Below, piece after piece: positions 37,779 through 45,978 of a stretch of DNA of 49,041 bases. Every line of letters begins with the position of its first letter. Position 1 is the first letter of the stretch. Source of the stretch: a virus. Lineage: Duplodnaviria; Caudoviricetes. The notes beneath the pieces are model-generated. The model was not told where the DNA came from. It did not search any database and worked only from the letters and a program-made list of their open reading frames with translations. A program made the translations under genes and the position numbers. The stretch covers positions 1-49,041 of IMG/VR virus record IMGVR_UViG_3300042346_000870; one strand, 5' to 3'.

Positions 37779-37961
37779 ATGGCAAAGAAAAAACCACAAG
37801 CACAATATAACAGAACTCATAAAAATAAGCACGATCTAACAAGTATACGTCTTAAAAAATCAACTGTAAAAAGTTTAGCTGATTTAAAAACATTACTTAA
37901 TGTTGAAAATCAGAACGAAGTTACAGAATATTTAATAAAATTCCATGAAGAGAATAAATAA
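37779..37961 (+). CDS. Ribbon-helix-helix-like regulator
   Basis: TSIRLKKSTVKSL...NQNEVTEYLI strand-helix-helix pattern. Confidence 0.6.
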   Translation: MAKKKPQAQYNRTHKNKHDLTSIRLKKSTVKSLADLKTLLNVENQNEVTEYLIKFHEENK

Positions 37962-38138
37962 ATGAGTGTAAATTACATGACGGGAGAAAAGTGTCAGAGT
38001 TTAGAAGATGATATTAGCACTGATGTGTTATACGAAAGTATTAAAGATCATCTTAAATTTAATCACAAATTTAGAAACTTATCGCCAGAAGATTATCAAT
38101 CACGTATTAAAAAGATTGCAGATGCGTTAGATATATAG
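37962..38138 (+). CDS. Small hypothetical protein (58 aa), absent from ORF track
   Basis: Manual translation MSVNYMTGEKC...KIADALDI; starts right after the RHH stop. Confidence 0.6.
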   Translation: MSVNYMTGEKCQSLEDDISTDVLYESIKDHLKFNHKFRNLSPEDYQSRIKKIADALDI

Positions 38139-38202
38139 TATAATAACGGAATGCGATGTTGTAGGTGTGGTAACCAAAAACATTGTTACATATAACTAAT
38201 AG

Positions 38203-38298
38203 AGCCTGTAATAGGCTTAGAATAACAAAGCTATGTATTAGTTCATGGTATTACCACTTATATAGTTATTCTGAGTTTATTACAGGCTTTTTCTTTTT
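38203..38298 (+). terminator. Long hairpin plus U-tract (attenuator candidate) before the replication initiator
   Basis: 24-bp continuous stem 38203-38226 / 38265-38288 with three GU pairs, then TTTTCTTTTT. Confidence 0.65.
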
Positions 38299-38310
38299 AA
38301 AGGTCACAAA

Positions 38311-38997
38311 ATGGCAAATAATAAAAATATCGTGTGTGATAGTTTTGTATTTTATCGTAGTTTTATTGAAGGAATGGAAGGTTTAAATGATGAAGAAGTT
38401 GGCAAATTATTAAAAGTTTTATGTCAATATGCTTTAAATAATAATGATTTTTCTGATAAATTAAAGGGTTTTAGTCGTAATATTTTTACTATGATAAAGC
38501 CTTTAGTTGATGCAAATAATAAGAAAAGACAAGTAGGGCAAAAAGGAGGCAGACCAAAGGGTTTAGTGGTTAAAAAAGAAATAACCACAGGTTATGAAAA
38601 TGAAAAACCAGAGGTTATTAAAAAAAATAACCAGAGGTTATTAAAAAATAAACCTAATGAAGATGTAAATGGTAATGGTAATGAACATGATAATTTTAAT
38701 ATATCAATTTTAGATTATTATAACAAAGTTACAAAATTAAAGTGTACCCTAAACGACGACATTATTCACAATTTAAAAATCATACAGGATGATGGGCATA
38801 GTTTAGACGATTGTAAAATAGTTATAGATTTTATTACTAATGATAAACATCATATTGATGGAGGTTGGACTGGATTAATTAATATTTTTAGACCGACTAA
38901 ATTTGTGGAAAAATTGGAAAGGGCTAAATTATTAAAAGCCAAAAACCAAAGCAACAATCAATATATAACCGAATCAACGCATTTAGATTTTGCCTAA
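38311..38997 (+). CDS. Replication initiator (DUF6291-like N-terminus, conserved phage C-terminal domain)
   Basis: SFVFYRSF...L.DEE.G.L...L..YA, KGGRPK, IFRPTKF; internal iterons; upstream of DnaB. Confidence 0.8.
   Translation: MANNKNIVCDSFVFYRSFIEGMEGLNDEEVGKLLKVLCQYALNNNDFSDKLKGFSRNIFTMIKPLVDANNKKRQVGQKGGRPKGLVVKKEITTGYENEKPEVIKKNNQRLLKNKPNEDVNGNGNEHDNFNISILDYYNKVTKLKCTLNDDIIHNLKIIQDDGHSLDDCKIVIDFITNDKHHIDGGWTGLINIFRPTKFVEKLERAKLLKAKNQSNNQYITESTHLDFA
38583..38641. repeat. Iterons / probable replication origin
   Basis: AACCA[C/G]AGGTTAT at 38583, 38606, 38629 (23-bp period) separated by A-tracts. Confidence 0.75.
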
Positions 38998-39006
38998 GGG
39001 GGAATT

Positions 39007-40365
39007 ATGTCTTTATCAACAAATACTAAAATAATGCCGCATGATGTATCAACTGAGCAGGTATTATTATCATGCATAATTAATTATCCAGAAGCTTACT
39101 ACGAAGCTTCTACATTAGAAGATGATGTTTTTTATCGGGCAGAACATAAAATATTGTTTATGTGTATTAAAAAGCTCTATGTAAATAAAAAAGAAGTTAA
39201 TGCAGTAACAATATTTGCAACTTTAACAGAAGAAGAAATAGAATATATTGGAGGCGAGGATTATTTAAATAGTTTAGTAGAATGTTACGGTAGCAAGTGT
39301 TCTCGTTTTATAGAAATAGTAAAAAGTTATATTCAAATTTTATTAGAGTTTTATAATAGACGTAATTTGATTGTTAATAGTCAAAAACTGATTGAAGAAT
39401 GTTACTCAAACAATGAACAAGAAATTGAAACAATATTATCATCTTATTTGCCTAATTTTGCTTTATCTAACCACACTAATGATAAAATATATTACACCGA
39501 AGATTTTATAGAAATGATACAAGAATATCAGGGTAAAGAAGAAAATTATATACCTACGAATGATAGTAGTTTAGATACTATTTTAAATGGTGGGCTAGGA
39601 GAGGGTGAGTTAATAATATTGGCTGGTAAGTCAGGAATGGGAAAAACCGCAGTTGCTATAAATTTATTTACAAGCTTGATAAAAACCAATAATGCAATTT
39701 ATTTTAGTTTAGAAATGACTTTTAACGAAATAGCAAAGCGTATTTATTCTAACATTACGCATAAACACTTGCATAATGATTTAACAAATGAGGATTTAGA
39801 TAATTTATATTTAGCAATTGGAACTCGTAAAAATATGGCAATTGTTGATAATACTAAGTTTAATTTAACTCTTTTGAGAAAATATATCATTGATTATAAG
39901 CTTAAACACGGAGATTTAAACGTAGTCATTATTGATTATTTGCAAATTATGTCAAGAAAAAATAAACAATCTGAGTATGAAGCTTTAACAGAAATTACTA
40001 GAGAACTAAAAATAATAGCAATGGAGTTTAAAATATGTATAGTATGCTTATCACAATTGAGCAGAGCTGGTGCTGATAGAAAAGAAAAACGTCCACAGTT
40101 AAGCGACTTAAGGGGTAGCGGAAGCATAGAACAAGATGCAGATATAGTAATGTTTATACACCGTGAGGAATGGTATTATAAAGAGTTGGGGCAATCCGTG
40201 CCATTGGAGTTACAAAATGGGTTAGAGCTTATAATAGCTAAATTTAGACGTTATATGCCAAATAAAATACTATATCAAGCTGATTTAAAATATAGCTATT
40301 TAGATGTGATGCCTCCACTTTTAAAAAGTAAGTATATAGATTTTTTAAAACCAAAAAATAATTAA
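39007..40365 (+). CDS. dnaB: Replicative DnaB-like helicase
   Basis: AGKSGMGKT, FSLEM, IIDYLQ, LSQLSR, DLRGSGSIEQDAD. Confidence 0.95.
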   Translation: MSLSTNTKIMPHDVSTEQVLLSCIINYPEAYYEASTLEDDVFYRAEHKILFMCIKKLYVNKKEVNAVTIFATLTEEEIEYIGGEDYLNSLVECYGSKCSRFIEIVKSYIQILLEFYNRRNLIVNSQKLIEECYSNNEQEIETILSSYLPNFALSNHTNDKIYYTEDFIEMIQEYQGKEENYIPTNDSSLDTILNGGLGEGELIILAGKSGMGKTAVAINLFTSLIKTNNAIYFSLEMTFNEIAKRIYSNITHKHLHNDLTNEDLDNLYLAIGTRKNMAIVDNTKFNLTLLRKYIIDYKLKHGDLNVVIIDYLQIMSRKNKQSEYEALTEITRELKIIAMEFKICIVCLSQLSRAGADRKEKRPQLSDLRGSGSIEQDADIVMFIHREEWYYKELGQSVPLELQNGLELIIAKFRRYMPNKILYQADLKYSYLDVMPPLLKSKYIDFLKPKNN

Positions 40366-40439
40366 CCATTTTCTCCAAGTGGGGTAAATGGTATGCTAAA
40401 AATATATCATTTTATCGACATGATAAAGAAAGGTAAAAA

Positions 40440-40715
40440 ATGTTAACAATACAAAATTTTGATATAGAACGATTTAAAATATTGAAACCAGCAGAATATA
40501 TTGAATTTATAAAAGAATATCTTATAAGCTGCGGATTAACTAATAATAATTACTCTATAGAAAATATTTTAGGTTATAATGTTCCTGATGTTTTATTAAT
40601 TTTAGGAAGTGATGACGCTGCTGAGTATGTTTTATTGCTTGATTTTTTTGATTTATTAGCAGAAGAATTTAAAAAAATTCCTGCTTATTTATGTGATTTT
40701 AATATGATATGTTAA
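40440..40715 (+). CDS. Hypothetical protein
   Basis: 91 aa, RBS AAGGT. Confidence 0.65.
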   Translation: MLTIQNFDIERFKILKPAEYIEFIKEYLISCGLTNNNYSIENILGYNVPDVLLILGSDDAAEYVLLLDFFDLLAEEFKKIPAYLCDFNMIC

Positions 40716-40774
40716 GAATGACTTATCCAAATTTGTTTTTTAAAAATAATTAAAATAAAGTAGAAAGGTAAAAA

Positions 40775-41722
40775 ATGGACAATAAAAAAATGTTAAACGT
40801 GGTTAGTTTATTTGCAGGAATTGGTGGAATTTGCCAAGGACTTAAAAATGCAGGGATGAACATAATATGGGCAAATGAAATTGATAAAATGGCTTGTCTT
40901 ACATACACAGCCAATCACCCAAACATAAGTCTTATTAATGATGATATTAATAATATAAAAACAACTAATATCCCAAATTGTGACGTACTAACCGCAGGAT
41001 TCCCCTGCCAAGCATTCTCAATTGCTGGATATAGAAAAGGATTTGATGACGAACGTGGCAATTTGTTTTTTAGTATTCTTAGAATTTTACAAGAAAAAAC
41101 TCAAAAACCATCTGTTATTTTTTTAGAAAATGTAAAAAATTTATTAACACATGATAATGGTAAAACATTTAAAATAATTTGTAGTGAACTTAATAAACTT
41201 GGTTATTTATTGCACTTTAAAATATTAAACTCTTGCGATTATGGGGATGTTCCGCAAAATAGAGAAAGAATTTTTATAATCGGATTTCTTGGTATAAGTG
41301 CATATAATAACTTTAAATTTCCAGAAATAATTAATTTAACTAAAAGTATAAAAGATATAAAAGAAGACGCGATAAAAGACAAATATTATTATACTGAAAA
41401 AAGCAAGTATTATCTCGAATTAAAAAAAAATATTATAAATCAAAATAGCATTTATCAAATTAGACGGGTATATGTTAGAGAAAATAAAAGCAATCTATGC
41501 CCTACATTAACAGCTAATATGGGTACTGGTGGGCATAATGTACCTTTAATATTGGATGATAAAGGCATTAGAAAATTAACACCAAAGGAATGCTTCAATT
41601 TACAAGGATTTCCAAGTGATTTTATATTGCCAGAAATATCGGACTGTCACTTATATAAACAAGCGGGCAATTCGGTAACTGTTTCAGTAATTGAAAGAAT
41701 TGCTAAAAATATAACAATTTAA
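40775..41722 (+). CDS. Orphan C5 cytosine methyltransferase (Bsp6I-like, probably GCNGC)
   Basis: SLFAGIGG, GFPCQ, ENV, QNRER, YKQAGNS; TRD RRVYVRENKSNLCPTLTANMGTGGHNVP. Confidence 0.9.
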   Translation: MDNKKMLNVVSLFAGIGGICQGLKNAGMNIIWANEIDKMACLTYTANHPNISLINDDINNIKTTNIPNCDVLTAGFPCQAFSIAGYRKGFDDERGNLFFSILRILQEKTQKPSVIFLENVKNLLTHDNGKTFKIICSELNKLGYLLHFKILNSCDYGDVPQNRERIFIIGFLGISAYNNFKFPEIINLTKSIKDIKEDAIKDKYYYTEKSKYYLELKKNIINQNSIYQIRRVYVRENKSNLCPTLTANMGTGGHNVPLILDDKGIRKLTPKECFNLQGFPSDFILPEISDCHLYKQAGNSVTVSVIERIAKNITI

Positions 41723-41734
41723 TTGCAAATAAAA

Positions 41735-41764
41735 CTTGACAGTCAAGAAGTAATTTGATATAAT
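41735..41764 (+). promoter_or_regulatory. Consensus sigma70 promoter overlapped by palindrome CTTGACAGTCAAG
   Basis: TTGACA 41736-41741, N17, TATAAT 41759-41764; same palindrome as at 37729. Confidence 0.8.
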
Positions 41765-41770
41765 ATCGTT

Positions 41771-42146
41771 AGCACTTAAAAGATTGTCTTTTAAGTGTTG
41801 TAACATGCAACTATTTTTGTTTTTAGAAGTGTGTTAGGTTTATAATTATTTAATGCTCATACGATTAAAAAATTGCACAGTACAGCACAGCACATGAAAC
41901 CCACTGACGGGAGTTGCTTACCTTCTCCTGTCTCCAGATCTTCTAAAGAAGTTAAGATTATAGGCATCTTAATTTCTTTATGGGCTTTGTTATTTTGTTG
42001 TAATTATTCTCTATTAAGCCCTTACGCGGCACAGAAAATACAGACTTTCTTAATAAGCACAGAACAGAACTTGATTAAACGGCGAACATATTGCAAGTGA
42101 GTTTAATCATTTAAACCCGCAATAAAAACATCTTTGCGGGTTTTCT
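41771..42146 (+). ncRNA. Candidate multi-hairpin non-coding transcript
   Basis: At least five stems, GCACAG x4 in linkers, terminator-like final hairpin. Confidence 0.4.
42113..42146 (+). terminator. Intrinsic terminator-like hairpin
   Basis: AAACCCGCAA / TTGCGGGTTT followed by TCT. Confidence 0.6.
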
Positions 42147-42617
42147 ATAAGTACATTAACTTCTACAAATTAATAACTACTGCAAAATTATTAAATGAGA
42201 TTACATTAATTTAATAAAGTTAACAGAGGTCATTTATCGACGTTTTGGTAAATGCAGGTAATAAAAATTCGGTATCAGGTCTGGCTTTTTGTAATCAAGG
42301 CAATGAGACATACAGCGAATGAACCTAAAATTTTAATTTGTAGACGTAAATATATTTAGTGATATTTCGTTAGTTCGCACGAGATGTTAAGAATCATGAG
42401 CAAATTCTCAACATTAAATCGTTTTAAAGTAAATTTAGTACTCGGGTTCTATTAGCGAAAAAAAGGATTAAATTGAAATAAAAACGTGCGAACTAACAAA
42501 ATATTATTATAATGTGTTATAATACGTACTTATTATCCTGCTAATAACAGGCTACCAGTTTTGTAGCTATCTATCTAAAAATTCTGTGCTACTGGACTTC
42601 TTTTTATTAAATATATT

Positions 42618-42655
42618 AAGTCGGATTGTAACTTCTAGGTTGAATCCGACTTTTT
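42618..42655. terminator. Intrinsic, possibly bidirectional terminator
   Basis: AAGTCGGATT / AATCCGACTT with T-run, at convergence with the leftward block. Confidence 0.7.
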
Positions 42656-42736
42656 ATATTCAAGCTATTTTTTATTTTGATGCGCCAAAATAAATAGTTC
42701 CATCAAGTAGCATATTAATTTTTTATTTAAATATTA

Positions 42737-43420
42737 TTAAAACTTTATCTGTACTTTTACAAAATCAAATATTAATTGTTCAACTTTTTTATTAATTTTT
42801 TCGTTGTTTTTTGAGTTTTTTATCGGAATTAATTCCATTAATTTTAAAAAATCATAAAGATATTTTACGTAATTTTGTTGTCTTTTTGTAATTTCTAATA
42901 TTAGTTTTTCTATTTTATCCGAATCGATTGATTTCAGTGAATTTTCAAAATTTTTGGTGATAAAAAAATTGTTCAAAAAATAATTTAATCTTAAAATTGT
43001 TTTTAGAGTTTTATAATGCTTAGAAGTTTTATAATTACCGTTTTGATATTCTAGTAAAGTTTTAATATTTTTTAATATATTACCTTTAACTGAATTAACT
43101 AAATTAGACAAATTAGCTGTTACAATTTCTTCCCGCATTGACGTTAATTTATTATACAAATTAAACCACTCTAAATTATTAGTAATAACCTCTTTGCTGT
43201 AAAGCAACTCTAAATTATTGGGGTGAGAGGCTTTTAGTAAAGCTGGTAGCGTGCGTATATCTTTGTATTCCATGTCGTGTATTCCTATTTTTTCCACTTT
43301 TGACAGTTTTTTGTTGTAATACAAATCTTCAAAAGTTGGACAAACAAATATTTTATAATCTTTGTCTGAATTCTCATTGTTAAGATTATAATTGTGCGAT
43401 CCGACCAATATTTGTAGCAT
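42737..43420 (-). CDS. Pol-beta superfamily nucleotidyltransferase (Nuc-transf/YcgL-like)
   Basis: LVGSHNYNLN...SDKDY..F..P, PNNLELL. Confidence 0.8.
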   Translation of the reverse strand: MLQILVGSHNYNLNNENSDKDYKIFVCPTFEDLYYNKKLSKVEKIGIHDMEYKDIRTLPALLKASHPNNLELLYSKEVITNNLEWFNLYNKLTSMREEIVTANLSNLVNSVKGNILKNIKTLLEYQNGNYKTSKHYKTLKTILRLNYFLNNFFITKNFENSLKSIDSDKIEKLILEITKRQQNYVKYLYDFLKLMELIPIKNSKNNEKINKKVEQLIFDFVKVQIKF

Positions 43421-43602
43421 AAATTATTCCTTTTTATAACTAATATTAAATTCAATAATATCGTTTTTATTTTTATATGTTTTTTTAGCTGCGTTAAATG
43501 CTAAAAATGGGGAGGATATAGCTAAGCATATGCCCAGCAGTAAAAATGTTGCTATACCCCCAAAAAATGTAATTACGCCACATTTAATTTTATTTAATTG
43601 TT

Positions 43603-43779
43603 TTATTTATTTGATTTTTCTATTTTTTCAATTAATGATTTTAATTTTAACGCAATCTCAAGCCCCAGATCTACTGAAGTAAAACCGTTTAACATTTCAA
43701 AATATTCTAACAAGTGATTAGATATAATTTTTAGTTTTTGTACATCAATATCAGTTATAATTTTTTTGTCATTTTGTTT
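43603..43779 (-). CDS. Hypothetical protein (likely start 43779)
   Basis: ORF overlapping the upstream gene end. Confidence 0.5.
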   Translation of the reverse strand, partial: KQNDKKIITDIDVQKLKIISNHLLEYFEMLNGFTSVDLGLEIALKLKSLIEKIEKSNK

Positions 43780-44023
43780 CATTATGTGCCTCACTTTCTA
43801 AGTATTTTGTTTCTGTTTTTAGTAAATAATTTACAAATTCGCTTGCTGTAAGCTTAAGTTCTTGTTTACGAGATGTAAACTTAGCAAATAATTCTTTTTT
43901 TATACTAATTACTTGCATTTTTTCTTTATGCCAATTATTTTTATATTGTTTAATTTTATTTAATTTTGACATTGCTTTATCTAGCAAATCAACAGTTTCT
44001 TGTAATTTTGTTGTATCAGCCAT
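43769..44023 (-). CDS. Putative ribbon-helix-helix protein
   Basis: QVISIKKELFAKF...LTASEFVNYLL. Confidence 0.5.
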   Translation of the reverse strand: MADTTKLQETVDLLDKAMSKLNKIKQYKNNWHKEKMQVISIKKELFAKFTSRKQELKLTASEFVNYLLKTETKYLESEAHNETK

Positions 44024-44292
44024 TATTTTTTACTCTTAAAATTATCGGTTATAAAGTGTCTAATTAAGTTACGCAATACGTTCTTGTAAAATTTAATTGT
44101 TTTATGCATAATTTAATCCTTTTTATATGTTATAGTTAGTGTATAAAATTGTATTTATAGTTTTTTTTTAAAACTTGTGCTATTTAATGTTAATTTTATT
44201 AAATAATTAACTCTTTTTATATTATAAATTGTTATAAGTTGGTAAATCAAGAGTTAAGTCTTGTTTGCAAATTATTTTATATTTATGCATGT

Positions 44293-44553
44293 CTAATACC
44301 TTTTTTGTTTATAAGTTATCGTTAAATTTTGCCAATAAAATTTTGTTATTAGCATTTCTATTTTAAGTTTGTTAGTGTTATTAACATTAAAGCTAAAATC
44401 AAACGTTGTTATGTTATCTATTTTATTAATAGTATTTTTATCGCATATAGCGTTAATAAGCGCAGTATATTGAGTAAATTCATTGTGTAATAAATTATTT
44501 AAATGAGATTTTAATTTTTTATTACTCTCGTAGTTTTTAATTATGTTAATCAT
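44293..44553 (-). CDS. Hypothetical protein
   Basis: 86 aa, RBS AAAAGGG. Confidence 0.55.
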   Translation of the reverse strand: MINIIKNYESNKKLKSHLNNLLHNEFTQYTALINAICDKNTINKIDNITTFDFSFNVNNTNKLKIEMLITKFYWQNLTITYKQKRY

Positions 44554-44583
44554 TATGTGCCCTTTTTAAAATATAATATAATT

Positions 44584-45330
44584 TTACCAATTTGTACTAA
44601 CTGTTGATTTTATCCAGTTAAAATATTTGCCGACCTGCAAATTAAATTTTTCTAATGATTCTAAATCTGTAAAATTTAAATGTGCATTACCGTTTTTAAA
44701 TACTTTAACATTAAAATACTCACTTTTATATATCTCTGTAGTTTTTGGCGAGTACGGCATAATGTACGGGTCTACTTTTTTAGCTGTTATAAAATTAAAA
44801 CATTTAATAATATCTGAAATATTATCTTGAATGTTATAAGTTAAAATTACCTTTGTGCCGATTTTATCTGATGTCATAGACTTAAATTTTTCTTTATTTT
44901 GAAATGGATTAATGTTTGTCATTAATAAATAACAAGCTTTTACCTGATTTTTTATAATATCATCGCTGTTATTTAACAAGCTTGCTACTAAATCGTGTGC
45001 TGATGTTTCTGTGATAGAAAAATTATTATTACGTGATAGTACGTTTAAGCTTTTATATAATTCGTTAGCGTTTTTTTCTGTCATTAAATTTTTAATTTTA
45101 TCGTATTGTAATATTTCTCTTATAAAACTGCTATTCAATGACTCATAAAAATTATTGCCACGGTATGGGTTTTTCCTTAAGCCATCTATGTCTTCGTATG
45201 ATGTTCTTTCGTATAATTCGTTTAACTCTTTAAACTCTTTAAATGTTTTTTCAACGTCTTTTATTTTTGCAGTCAAACGCTGGTACTTATCAACGATTGT
45301 TTTTATTTCGCTATGTGTAATGATCTCCAT
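44584..45330 (-). CDS. DUF4942-like protein (likely start 45330)
   Basis: KIGTKVIL, YFNVKVFKNGNAHLNF; RBS AAAAGGT before 45330. Confidence 0.7.
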   Translation of the reverse strand: MEIITHSEIKTIVDKYQRLTAKIKDVEKTFKEFKELNELYERTSYEDIDGLRKNPYRGNNFYESLNSSFIREILQYDKIKNLMTEKNANELYKSLNVLSRNNNFSITETSAHDLVASLLNNSDDIIKNQVKACYLLMTNINPFQNKEKFKSMTSDKIGTKVILTYNIQDNISDIIKCFNFITAKKVDPYIMPYSPKTTEIYKSEYFNVKVFKNGNAHLNFTDLESLEKFNLQVGKYFNWIKSTVSTNW

Positions 45331-45344
45331 TTTTCTTACCTTTT

Positions 45345-45626
45345 TTAACATTTTTGCATTAAAATTTTAACGTCTAACTCTGTAATTATTTCTTTTTCTA
45401 CATCTTCGCAATATGCAATTTTAGACACTGTAAATAATATCTGACAAAGTTTTTTATCAGCGTATAATTTGCTTTCAAATTTATTTATTCTATAACTTTC
45501 AAACGCATAACCGACAACTGCAGGTATACAACGCTCCGCAATCTCTGTATCTAATAAATCCTCTAACCATACGTCATCGTGTGTATATATTTCATTTATT
45601 AATTTATCTCTGTTGATTATTTTCAT
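45345..45626 (-). CDS. Hypothetical protein
   Basis: 93 aa, RBS AAGGAG, ATGA overlap. Confidence 0.65.
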   Translation of the reverse strand: MKIINRDKLINEIYTHDDVWLEDLLDTEIAERCIPAVVGYAFESYRINKFESKLYADKKLCQILFTVSKIAYCEDVEKEIITELDVKILMQKC

Positions 45627-45958
45627 AATAGTTTACTCCTTATAGTTTTATTAAAATTACTCTCTAGCTCAGCTTGATTATTGATTATTTGACATACGTT
45701 CAATTTAATATCGTTTTTTATTGCTTGTTTAGCAATTGTAAAATTAATAAAATCTTTATTATTTAATATTTCTAGCGCTATTTTTTTTAAATTGCGTACA
45801 TCAGCAGTGAATGGAATATGGTAACTAGAATAATTGTTTTTAACCCAACTATAAGCCCATCTATCTTTTTTATGATATTCAATTGTTGCTTTATTTCCAT
45901 ACTCATCTTTATATCTGTATATAGCATTTAGTCCTATACCTATTTTTTCCCATTTCAT
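45623..45958 (-). CDS. Hypothetical protein
   Basis: 111 aa, RBS AAAAGGT. Confidence 0.65.
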   Translation of the reverse strand: MKWEKIGIGLNAIYRYKDEYGNKATIEYHKKDRWAYSWVKNNYSSYHIPFTADVRNLKKIALEILNNKDFINFTIAKQAIKNDIKLNVCQIINNQAELESNFNKTIRSKLL

Positions 45959-45978
45959 AATATTTTACCTTTTTAAAA

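Noticed and set aside
41873-42100. 75-aa ORF as a type I toxin
   Set aside because: TTG start without SD, overlaps several strong hairpins; not excluded, but unsupported
42362-42504. Retron msr-msd bounded by a1/a2 inverted repeats
   Set aside because: No reverse transcriptase gene nearby or elsewhere
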